DNA of 64,000 nt, from assembly GCA_017499595.2 (NCBI GenBank), contig CM039004.1, positions 2,356,001 to 2,420,000 on the forward strand. The letters are read 5' to 3'. The position numbers were made by a program, and so were the translations under genes. Within the stretch, counting starts at the first letter, position 1; each line of letters starts with the position of its first letter. Positions 53,301 to 64,000 of the stretch are shown here, in pieces. The stretch is from Psilocybe cubensis (lineage: Eukaryota). The notes beneath the pieces were generated by a model. That model made no database searches. It was not told the DNA's origin and saw only the letters and a list, made by a program, of their open reading frames with translations.

Positions 53301-56077
53301 AATTGAATTTCGGTACTTGGATTAATACTTTAACCATCACTGACAACATACTACATATCCCCAGTTATCACCAGTTTCCCGACGTATCTGCAGAACAACA
53401 TTGAGCATGAAATCTTCGGAGGAAATCGATACCACTCCAAGTTGTCGTGGCACGGACGGGCTCAAGGGGGCTTTGGCTAACAAGGAATAATCAAAAGTTA
53501 TTGAACCCCATTTTTGACAACCCCTCACATTTTCCGTCCCTCTTAACAGCTGAACCAATCAACTCATTGCTTGTCAAGTCATCATTTTGCCTCAAGACTC
53601 AGCCATACCCCATTGTTGGCACCCGAAATTTCGGCGCTATGATTATGTTTCCACTTTGGGAGTCCTTTTATCCTTGTTGCCGACATTTAGCAAACTGATA
53701 CATTGTTTTACTGTCGTATATTGATCTCAGCGGCGCCTGAGCGTGTCGACTCCGATGATTTAAAAATCCATTGACAGCTAAACAGCGCCCTCAGTAGCAG
53801 TGTATACATATATAAAAAATAGATAGAGTAGGTCGAGTTTATTCTTGATTCTAGTCAGATGGATTCAATGAAATGATTGGATTCGGAGATGTAAAATCAC
53901 AACTGTTTTCGGCTGACATATGATATCACAACAACACTTCGTCAATGAGACGTTTCATTTGGGTAGTTCGTCTTGCCATAAGGTGTGTTAAGAGTGTTTA
54001 TTAGAATCATTGTATAGTGACAACATTAAATTGTATGCGATTTAACTGATACAGAAACGCCCTAGGCGTGAAATGCGGGGATGGCTCCTACGAAATACCG
54101 AGCCTCAGGCTCTTGTTTATCAACCTTTTGTACTTTGGGTTGGGCCGAGGCCCACAAGCCTGCCAAATTGAGGCCAATAGATATAGAATATCACGATGCG
54201 CGATCAGGTCTCCTCGAAACAAGGCTTTCTGATATACATGGTATCTCTGACCCAAGCCAGATCCAAGGATTACCCTGACAAACTCGAAGTGACAGTCTCT
54301 CCCAACTTATTTCCATTAGAGTCATTCATGACGTTAGTTCACCCCATATCGTCTAAATACCACCTTCTATAAATTAGTTTTCGATGCATAATTTAATTCT
54401 GGGAATACTGATGGGTGGTCAACATGGTTATTTTGATTCTTGATGACAATTTCTCCACCGGTTTCCTTGGATTAATAAAACCTCCTGGTTAAGGGGGTAC
54501 CAAAATATTTCAGTAAACGGTGTGACTGTTCTTTTGTCCGGAATTCCCGAAACATTCGGGAGGGAATTACTCGATGGCCGAAATATCCAACAGGAAATTC
54601 AAGATGTGACACTGCAAACAATATCAATTCAGGGGGATACCATTTGCACACAGGTATCATTGGCCATGGTCAAATATATTAATCATTGGCGTATAAGACT
54701 GTGTCCCTATCTAGAGACTGCCGCTAAGTCGAGGTATATGTAGTGACTTCTGGAGTTCCATTAACACTCTTCGTCAGTCATTTATTGTCGAAGTAGTCAG
54801 TTCTTTTTAAGGTTCCAGTTTGCATGGCGCCCTCAGAGCGGTTGTTAGAATGATTTTTGCACGTCATGAAACTAAAGTCGTGTGATCTACGGCTCCCATA
54901 GCTTTCAACCCACGTCAATTCACCCGCTGTTGATTTAGATGGTGATACATGGTGAAGTCTGCAGTTGCTAAGATTGATGAATGTAGTTTGTAGCATGTAT
55001 TGCTAACGCCGCCGCCGATCCATCAACTAACGTACACCACCTTGGACCACATGCACCCACACATTGCAAGACAAAACCCTGTCTATTTCCAGGTTCAAGC
55101 CCTTTCCAGCTTTGGGTGATCGGTTTCGCAACGGAAACGTTGTCGTATCAACCGAAACCCAATCCAGTATACTTCCCTAACTAGTCCGAAAAGAATGACG
55201 CAAATGATACCTGGGAATCTATACAAACCAAGGACGACGGTCTATGTCGTTTGCATGGTAATAGTATCGAATCCACCTGATGGTCAATTCTAGTTGCCAT
55301 TAAACGGCATGTTAATTTCAGTTATTCCTGAACCATACATTTTGTATGACATGACGCACCTAAGGTTTATCGGCAAAATTGAGGCAGTAAAAAGGTTTGA
55401 CGAGTTGATCCTTGTTTGGACATGTGGGCACGATAGTGGAGGGAGCAAAGATTGCCGAAGCCAAGGGAAAAGTATTCGTTATAATCAGGGTCAACATAGT
55501 ATTAAGCGGCAATCATCATTAAGAACCAATCTAGCCAGAAAGCGTAAAAGGCGGGTAATTTCGAATTTCAAATACACCTGAGAGGTAGCAGAGCAGTACG
55601 GACAAACGAGAATCAAAGCGATAAGAAGCGGCGCAAACAGGCTGAGTAAAAGAGCAAGCAATGTCATGCAGAACCGACATCCAGAGAGCTTCCAAGTGTA
55701 AAAATAATTTCCCAGCGCAAGACACAGAATTTCATGTTCATCAAAACAGAGCAATCCGAGAAGAGTAAGAATCGCGAGCCCAAGAAGCATAAACGTATAC
55801 AGAGAGAAGTAGTAGCCACGTGCACAAGCCAGATAACAGATACAACAAAAACCATCGAGAGCCAAGCAGAATAACTGAGTCACTTGTAGGTCCAGTACCA
55901 GAAATGGAGGCTAGATCCATGTCATCGATGAACACGATCTGCCAAATGTCTCCGTAAAGGTTCCTAGTAAGATGAAAGAAGGGCAGGTGAGCGGTACCGA
56001 GAGCGCGAGTAAAAATAATGAAATCACCATGAAGAAACCTTATATGAGAAGGAAAACAAACCCTGCAGATGTAGACG

Positions 56078-59000
56078 TCATCTCAGCTGGCCCAACTCTC
56101 CCATGGCCCCAGGCAAAAGCAGTAGTTCATCGTCGCTCATTTCTGTATCTCCATTTCGATTGATCTCTTCATCTGCTTCCTCTCCATCTGCGATATCATC
56201 CGTAAATTTAGCCTTTTTGTGCTGGGCCTTTTGTTTCCTTCCGCCGGACCTCCTTGTCAACGACCAGCCTTTCCCTCCGCCAAAGCCCATACCCCTGAAA
56301 ATCTTATTACCCCGCTTTTTGACGACCTCTGGAGAAGGTGGGTCCTCGGCAACACGCCATGCTATCTCTTTGGTACCGATGGTGCCAAGAGCCGACCCAA
56401 ACTCCGTAAAATTATCTTCATCCTCTTCCACGATACTGGCGAACCTGAGGAAATCGATCGGGTCGGGAGACGATGTCAAGGGGGGAAGATACATGGAGTC
56501 GACATAGCACTCAATGTCAGTCTCGTACTCCTCGACCATCTGGGCTTGATATTCATTGGCGGATGCCTCGATCCCGGGTACATCCTGCTCCGTATCATTG
56601 TGGCGATCATGAACTGCATCGCCAAACCGCTGTTGTTGGTTCGAAATAATATGATCACCATCTAAAAAAGATGCTGTCGCCTTCCCATTCAAGCGTTGAA
56701 CTGAACCGCCCCTCGTTCGTTCATCAACTATACCAACCGAACCGGCAGCGGTGATAGTCCCACTTCTCGACCTCCGAGTCGCGGCGGCTCCGACGTCAGG
56801 GATAACCCCAGAGTCCTGCCCGATTTTTGATTTACCGATAGGGACTGAAGGAAGAGGACTCGTCGGCGCAGCAACCGGCAAGGGACCTACGATCGTCCCA
56901 CCGCGAGTTCTTCGGGTTCCTGGAGGTATAGGCGCATTAATAGGTACAATTGTCCCAGACCGAGTTCTCTTCGTGTTGGCGGAGTTGTGAACATGCTCTT
57001 GAGCAGCTGACGTTGCTGTGTTCTCTGAAGACTCGTTGGAGAGCCTCAGCTCACACTGAACTTGTTGTGCCGTCGTTTCGCCTCGGGTTTCCAAGGTTTG
57101 CCCTCCACAAGTAGTTTCATCTACCACATCTTCGCCTTTCTTTCCACTGTCCAAATTCATATGTAGTTGCCCGAGAATTTGGCCGCTACGATGTTGATTC
57201 ATTCCTTCAGATCCCTGAATACTTCTTGCATCTGTATCCCCGTCTGAGTTTGTAACACTTTCTCGGTCACCGCCCTTTTTGATCGCCCATTGCATGTAAC
57301 CCGTCGGTGGAGAGATGATGCTATCAGTAATCCAGGATGTCATATCTTGTCTTCTTTTTGGTTTGCTGGCTAGCGTCGCTTCCACGGTCAAGACCATCGC
57401 TGCAGAATCGTTGCCAGTCAGGTCCATATCTTTCTCACCATTCTCGTCTTCATCCCTCTCTTCTGCTACTTCGCCTTTCGCTTCGCCAGCCTGTAAGGCA
57501 ATCCACCTTTTAAATCCAATATGAGCAGAGGACCCAAGTCCTAGCGACGACGACACTGTCGTACTGTCGGGTGGACTGGACTTGAGGTTCGGCAGGGATG
57601 ACGTCCGAAATATAGGTGTGCTTCCATGCTCATATGATTTCTGCTTCCCTTGCTCCAGCCTCCGCTTCTTGACACTGGCCACCACGTTGAGATCAGTCTC
57701 ATACCCGTTATCCGCCAAATCCAGCCGAGCCCGAGGCTTGCCGTTGGCCTTCAATTTCATATCAACAAGAGCATCTTTAAAGGGTGTTGACATTGCCAGC
57801 ACATCATCTCCAAATTTTGAAAGCGCAGACGCCATGTCCATGCTAAAAGGAACACCAAGACGGTGAGTATCCCTCCCTGTTGCGATAGGCGCCCTACCCC
57901 GGGTAACAGTTCGCCCATGTTTTCCGCCCTCCTCCTCCCGTCCCAACCTGTCGTCTTCATCCATGTCTTCCTCAGATGAAGTGAAGCCGTCGATAGCCTC
58001 CACATCAGGGTATTCAAACCTATAACCGCTGTCGAATGACATTTGAGAAGGCGGTCTATTGAAGTCGATGCTCCCACGTGTTTGCATCCACTCCAAAGGA
58101 CTATGACTCCTTTGAGAAAAATGTCCTTGTTCCTCACCCTCGCCAGACGATAATTTACCATGGGCATGATATGATCTAGAGTCCACAACAATGTCTAGTC
58201 CTGTTCCCAGCCAAATTTTTCGAGGCATGGCGAGTCCTTCGTCGTGGGACGATGCTCCGCCTATTGGCCGAGAAGCGGCGGTGCCAACGACAGACTTTTG
58301 CTGCGGGCGAGGCAACTGTACTGTACTCGGAGCAGATGTACGACGTTCTCGTCCTGATGAAGCTCTGTGCTTCTCCTCGGCTTTTCTGCGCTTCTGAACA
58401 TTGCGAACCTGTTCCAAAGCAGGAACCAGAGCATCAATCTCAATGCCCAACTGTGATTTTGGCTTAAATTTTGATACTATATTTTCGCGCTGGAGACGAG
58501 ACACCGATTTGGCCATCTTATATGGAGATGTATTCCGTGCACCCTGCGTTGGACGGCCAGATGTATTACGGTGCTGGCGAACCGGTATATTTTGATCCAA
58601 AAAGGCGTTCGAGAATCCAGTGCGCATATCTGATTCTGAATCCATTGGACCAACACCAATTTCGCTATGCAGAGGAGGAGGCCCCATCGCACTGTAATCA
58701 GAAGCTGGAATGGAGAAACTTTCTTCAGATATATGCGCGTTGTCGAATGCCTTTGCGGGGGACGATGAACGGGACACAAATGGACTGGCCAAAGGCAAAA
58801 TTGAGCGCTTGGTTTTGCTGAATTTGTGCTTTCGATTCTGTCTTCTTTTCGATCTACCGTCGAGTTTAAGCGAAGTCAAGGATTGAGAGTATTTTAAAGT
58901 TGAGTAAAATTTCTGGGAATCTTTCAGAGTTGTACTGATTGTTGAAGAATTGGAAGAGGAACGAGAAGTTGATCTGGACCTATCATGTGTATATGGATGG

Positions 59001-59648
59001 TTATGTAGGGCAGGCCCGGAAGCATCATCAGGACAAAAGGATCCAGACGGGAGCGTCACAGAGGACCTGAGGGTTTTGGAGCTTTGAAGGAATGTCATTG
59101 ATTATCAGGGAGAGACTGAGAAATAACGCACGAATCTCCGTGCTTTGAGGTCCGCCATGTTTTGTTCCCTTTTGCAGACCTTCGGGGTTGGTTTTCCTTC
59201 AACTTTTTGGAACTAGTGAGGGTGGCTTGAGAGACAACAGGAACAGGTGACAAAAGCCCAGGTGTATCTTTCGGGCTCGATGACGGCAGCTTGTAAACCT
59301 GACTCAGGGTATGGAAAGTAGGCAGGGGTGTCTGGAACGAGTGAACAGACATCAAAGGAGATGCTAGCTTCTGCGGACATATATTAGTGTCAATATAGCC
59401 TACGAAAATGCGCATATATGCACCGTCTGTGACGATTTCGATTTTTTTCGAGGTTTGCCGTTTATTTTTGTGTCCTCTGGGAGGGACCGACGGCGCTTTT
59501 TGGGTGGAGATGATGAGATGGAATGGTGCTTGCCGTTGGGTTCAGGTACATCAATATCTGTTATGCCTATACCGATATTGTTCTTGTTTCTCTGCCTGTG
59601 TCGCCTGGCGTAGGTGGTGGTGGAAAACATCCTGAGGGCAACCACCAT
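56078..59648 (-). CDS. Large, mostly disordered protein of unknown function with RxRSGTI repeats
   Basis: 1006-aa ORF joined in frame by two GT-AG introns (near 59423-59371 and 59131-59081) to upstream exons starting M(VVALRM)FSTTTYARR. Confidence 0.75.
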
Positions 59649-60038
59649 GAGGCCATATAGTACAGTTTCGCCACCGGAGTATACCTTCCGGTCCGCGGAG
59701 AAAGTCTCGTGACCGCTTCGGTCTCTGACACCATGCTCAGCGGCCACAAGCGCCCGACAGCTTGCTTCAAGGCACCAGCCTGAGCAGCACTTGGATATTA
59801 TAAGGCTTTGCTTCCATTCATCCGCCTTCGTATCTTATCTGTTCGAATGTTATACCAGTGTCTCGAAATTTGGTAAGGGTGAACTTTGAGTGAACTGTGA
59901 AAGAAGGATCACGTTGCATGGTGACACGGATCCAATTGCAAGCATCAACAAACAGAAAGCGAGTGATGTTTCCACGTCGGTGTCGTCAAATGTTGGAGTC
60001 CAGAGTAACCTTTGCTGCCACACTACTACTTCACCACC

Positions 60039-62958
60039 ATGGTGGTCAACCGCAAGCAGCCTTCTGTTCCTGTTCTTCCAGCGATATCTCGTTCGTCTTC
60101 GACACAGCCTGTGCCTACAAAGAAAGCAACCAAGAACGCGACCAAGCAAACCACGACGCAGAATGGACACACTGGGATTGATGTTCGTGTTCATATCCGT
60201 GACGTAGAATTTAAACCTAACACGTATCATTTGACCCTAGTCTCAGAAAAACTCTTCTAAAGCCAAAGCTGAAAAACCAAAAGCAAAGGTGCAATCTCAC
60301 GTTGTAATGAATGTTACATGTTTTTATCTGATATCACTTGGCATTGTAGAAACGAAAATCAAAGTCTCTTCTAGATCGACTTTTCGCCCTTTCTCTGTCT
60401 ATATTCGTCATCTACGCATTCTACGCGTGTAGGCCAAACCCTCTTTTACCATATTCACCCTCCGATACGCTTTCGCATGATCCAAATCGTCTGTGTCGAT
60501 CATTGGCCACATACCGAACCCATGTTCTCGACCCTTATGTACTTCCACCACTCAAGAGCGGCTTATCCTTTGCACACTCTGTTGCAGAGCCCTACGTTGC
60601 ACAGGTTCAGCCACATATCCAGCCCTACATTACCCCTGTTTCTCGCTCAATCACAACCGTCAAACCCTACATTGTACGCACGGTCTCCGTGGCAAGAAGT
60701 GTCTGGGTTGACACGTTAGTGCCACTGTACACCGAAACGCTGAAGCCATACTGGGTCAAGGCCGTTATCCCCCGATACAACAAATATGTTCATCCACGGT
60801 TACTACCTGTGATTGAACAGACCAAATTGTATTACAGATTTTACGTTGCAAATCCTTTGCATATCCAGTCTGTAAAGGTTCAACGATATATTCACACTAT
60901 CTACGCGGCCAATGTCAAACCATATGTGATCAAGGTTCAACCCTACGTCAAACACGCCACTAGGACCGCCTATGTCACCTCTGTGAAAACTTTCGAGGCC
61001 TACAAGACACACGCACACCCTCGTATTGTTACTGGATGGGCCATAGCGCGTCCAGTGATTATTCAATATCTCAAACAGCTTAGGAAGCTTACATGCAAAT
61101 TCCTTGAGGTCGGAGGGAATCAACTCAAAAAAGCAACTAAGGAGGTCGGCGGTTTACGACGCACTTATGTTGACCCTCATGTCCGGAAGATTTGGGACAA
61201 AGTCGCCGAAGGGACAGATCTTGCTACGCCAGCTACACCGACAATCACAAATCTCAGTGAGCCTACAGAGCCCAAAATTTCATCTACTCAAGAAACCGCC
61301 GAATCTATTGAAGAGCCTACGTCAGCTACCCCTGCCACTTCCAGTACTGTTATGCCCACACCTTCTGCTACCATAAACTCTGGTACTGATAACGTGCCTG
61401 CAGCTGAGCCACCGACCCCAACTCCTCAGGAAGCCGCTGAAGATGAAGCCAGTGCTCCTGCCCATGCTGGCACGGTCACTGCTGCAACCGAGGCTGGAAA
61501 TATTCCAAAAGAAGTGAAGGAATCAGTTGTATCCGATGCACCGGCACCCATACCTGAGGAAGAATCTGTCGATCCTATCACAATTTCGGAACCAATCACA
61601 TCAGCGCCAACGCCTTCAGATGTTGATGCTGAAGAAGAAATTGATCTGGACGCGTTTTTGAATGACTTGGGAGTAGAATCGGATAGCGTCCCCGAAGATC
61701 AGGTCGAAACCACTATTTCCCTTCAAGAGGATGTCACACCCAAGCAACGTTCCGAAGATGTCCTAGCGGCAATTGCTGCTAAACGTTCTGAAATTGTTGA
61801 TCGACATAACGAATGGTTTGCCCGTTTGGACGAGGCCATTGCCAACGAGACTGTGGCCCTTGGTAAAACTCTGGAAGAATGGAGAGACCTTAAGGCCGCT
61901 GAATTTCAAACCATGAAGGGGCAAGGCGCACTTGATAATCTTCAAAAGGACGGCGAGAAGTTTTTGAAAGGGCTTGAAAGTTATCTTAAAAAAGCTGAAG
62001 CACGGAGTGGAGCGTGGAAGATATCTAAAGAACAACAAAAGGTTGAAGATATCACCATTGAGGACAAAATTGCGGCGTACCAGGACGAATTTTCTGCAAA
62101 GAAGACCATAGCGAAGGCAGAAAAAGAAAAGTGGGAGATTGTCCTATCCAAAGTTGAAGAGAAGTTTTCCGAACGAACGCGTCAGTTCCAAGCCGAGATC
62201 CATCAATGGTATATGGGTATGCGCGAAAAAGAGGGAGAGGAGGTCCGTTTTTTGACTTGTTTTTCAACTAAAGTGTTACTCGCCTTACTAAACGCGCTTA
62301 ATTTTTCCAGGTCCGCAGTGCTGCTCATCGTATCAAAAACCTCGCAGAGACTGCACAAGCTGACCTTGGTCTAGATTATGCTTGGCTCGAGGATGTAACT
62401 TACGACGACTGGCAACAGTACCACAATATCGCGCGTATGTCTGAAGCCTTCGAACAAACGGCATATGGCATGCAGAACAACACCCTCGAGAACGCGCCAC
62501 GTGATCCCATTATGCCCCTGTTGGACAGCCTTGATCTTGACATGCAGGACGTTGTCGCCGGCTTCCAAGTAGCTCTAGGAAGCATTCGCGGCGATGCAAT
62601 GAAGGTGTATAGCGTTGGTCTTGGGCAGGCGGAAGAAGATGATAGTGGATTCTTTGTTGTTAACGACGGCCAGGTTAGGAGAGATGATCTGCGAGGGGTC
62701 GACTTCGGTGATTTAGGATTGAAGAAGAAAACCGAAGGTGCCGGAGTCGTCAAGATTCGCTCTGATGCTGTTGGCGGAGATTCTGAAAATCAAGGCAAGG
62801 ACGACGAAGTGCATATCTTACCTATCGATCCGAGCGTGCCGACAAAGGAAGACTCAACTACGTTTGACGCTAGTAAAGTGGTTATTGGGAAAGATAAGGT
62901 GCAGATCGAGCAGGCGCTCAAGGACGTCCCCGTGGAACACGTTCATGAGGAACTTTAG
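60039..62958 (+). CDS. She10/Osw7-like membrane/ER protein with C-terminal HEEL
   Basis: N-terminal TM, helical repeats, S/T/P/E-rich linker, coiled coil, the motif LGLDYAWLEDVTYDDWQQYH resembling She10, and an ending of HVHEEL*. Confidence 0.62.
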
Positions 62959-64000
62959 ATCGGGCTGTTGACGCCTCTATATGGCATAGAGGGCTTATTT
63001 TTATTGACGTGACCAAAGTACTGTATCTCAGATAATTTTTGCTGCCACTAGTGTGTGTAGTATAATTGGTATTCCTTAACGCCTATTTATTCATGCAGCG
63101 CCTGATTGATGTTTGGTACGCAGCGCATTCCCCTGTGAGATGTACGCCACCATTAATACTAGGTTGTGCGTTAAACACGAACTTAGCGCAGAACACGGTC
63201 AGTTAGTGGGTTACAATTTTAACCTCTCAAGTGAGCGCAAAGGCATAGCCACGATGGCGCCCAGTCGAAATTTTTACCGCAGCTAATGCCGCCCCATGTT
63301 GGCGAAACAGCAAGCAGATGTCTATGATCTCCTTGATGAATACTGCGATCGACTGATTTTCTATAGCCCGATAAGTAACACATTCATTCGTCATGTAACA
63401 TTCCTTCAAGTCTGACAATCTGATCCTGCAAAATTTACTCTGGTAGGGAACCGGGAAGAACTGAATAAGCCACTAACAACTAGTATTATGTGCTCTCCGT
63501 GTCTTACACGATTCGCATTCGGTCTGGAACAGAATGTGGATGAGTTTTAAGCTCTAGAGGTACCGTATAGCCCCAAAAGGACTCTTGCCTGGGACCTTTG
63601 TCAACTTTTTGAGATAACCAAAAAACTGTGCCCCGTTATCACTACGCACTATCCTATGGACCATGGGTTTCCGGATGTTACTTGAAAATTGTACGTTTAT
63701 ATAAGCATTGCGAGATCGCTCAACTTCAGCCAGCGAGACTGAGCATGCCCATGTCCTGATGACGGTTTCTTCGTTTTTGTGTCCCTCGCCAAGAATGGCA
63801 AAAGCGGAACACACCACACACTTCTTAAAAAGGGCATTATACATCTTTCAATTCGTGACTTGTTCAAAGCATTGGTACGCGTCGAATTATGACACTTTCG
63901 TTGTGTTACAGCCGTTTTATTGTTGCATCTCTGTTTTATGACTTCATCTATTTTCAAGAGTACTGATGAAACCATTTTTGCTCGGGTTAACTTAATTTGT

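Noticed and set aside
55491-55883. 130-aa hydrophobic ORF
   Set aside because: Non-ATG start, T-rich, and located in the probable 3' UTR of the large minus-strand gene.

Overview
Gene-dense, intron-rich eukaryotic DNA from a mushroom-forming basidiomycete (Agaricomycete-like, inferred from short GT-AG introns and gene content). About 24 protein-coding genes were reconstructed by hand-splicing: Mms22/Mus7-like, three tandem secreted PEBP paralogs, mitochondrial rhomboid, aspartic protease, a divergent histone H3/H4 pair, F-box-like, F-BAR RhoGAP, two METTL21-family methyltransferases, a coiled-coil protein, a small Cys/His-rich gene, Nup85, a RING protein, ARG1, a Tpt1/KptA-like gene, a sirtuin, a chorismate-lyase-like gene, an Smr protein, DUF2015, a large disordered protein and a She10-like protein. 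The most notable observations are: (1) a Tpt1-fold paralog that lacks several catalytic and NAD-binding residues and lies next to the sirtuin; (2) a membrane-anchored UbiC/chorismate-lyase-like protein; (3) a candidate Mer2/IHO1 meiotic ortholog; (4) a spliced 75-aa zinc-binding gene hidden from the ORF track; (5) an ~11-kb microsatellite-rich, GC-shifted domain centred on the histone pair; (6) a ~2.1-kb tandem duplication that also copied the Mms22 promoter. No tRNA, rRNA, CRISPR array or intact transposon was recognised. All family calls come from motif recognition by eye, not database searches.
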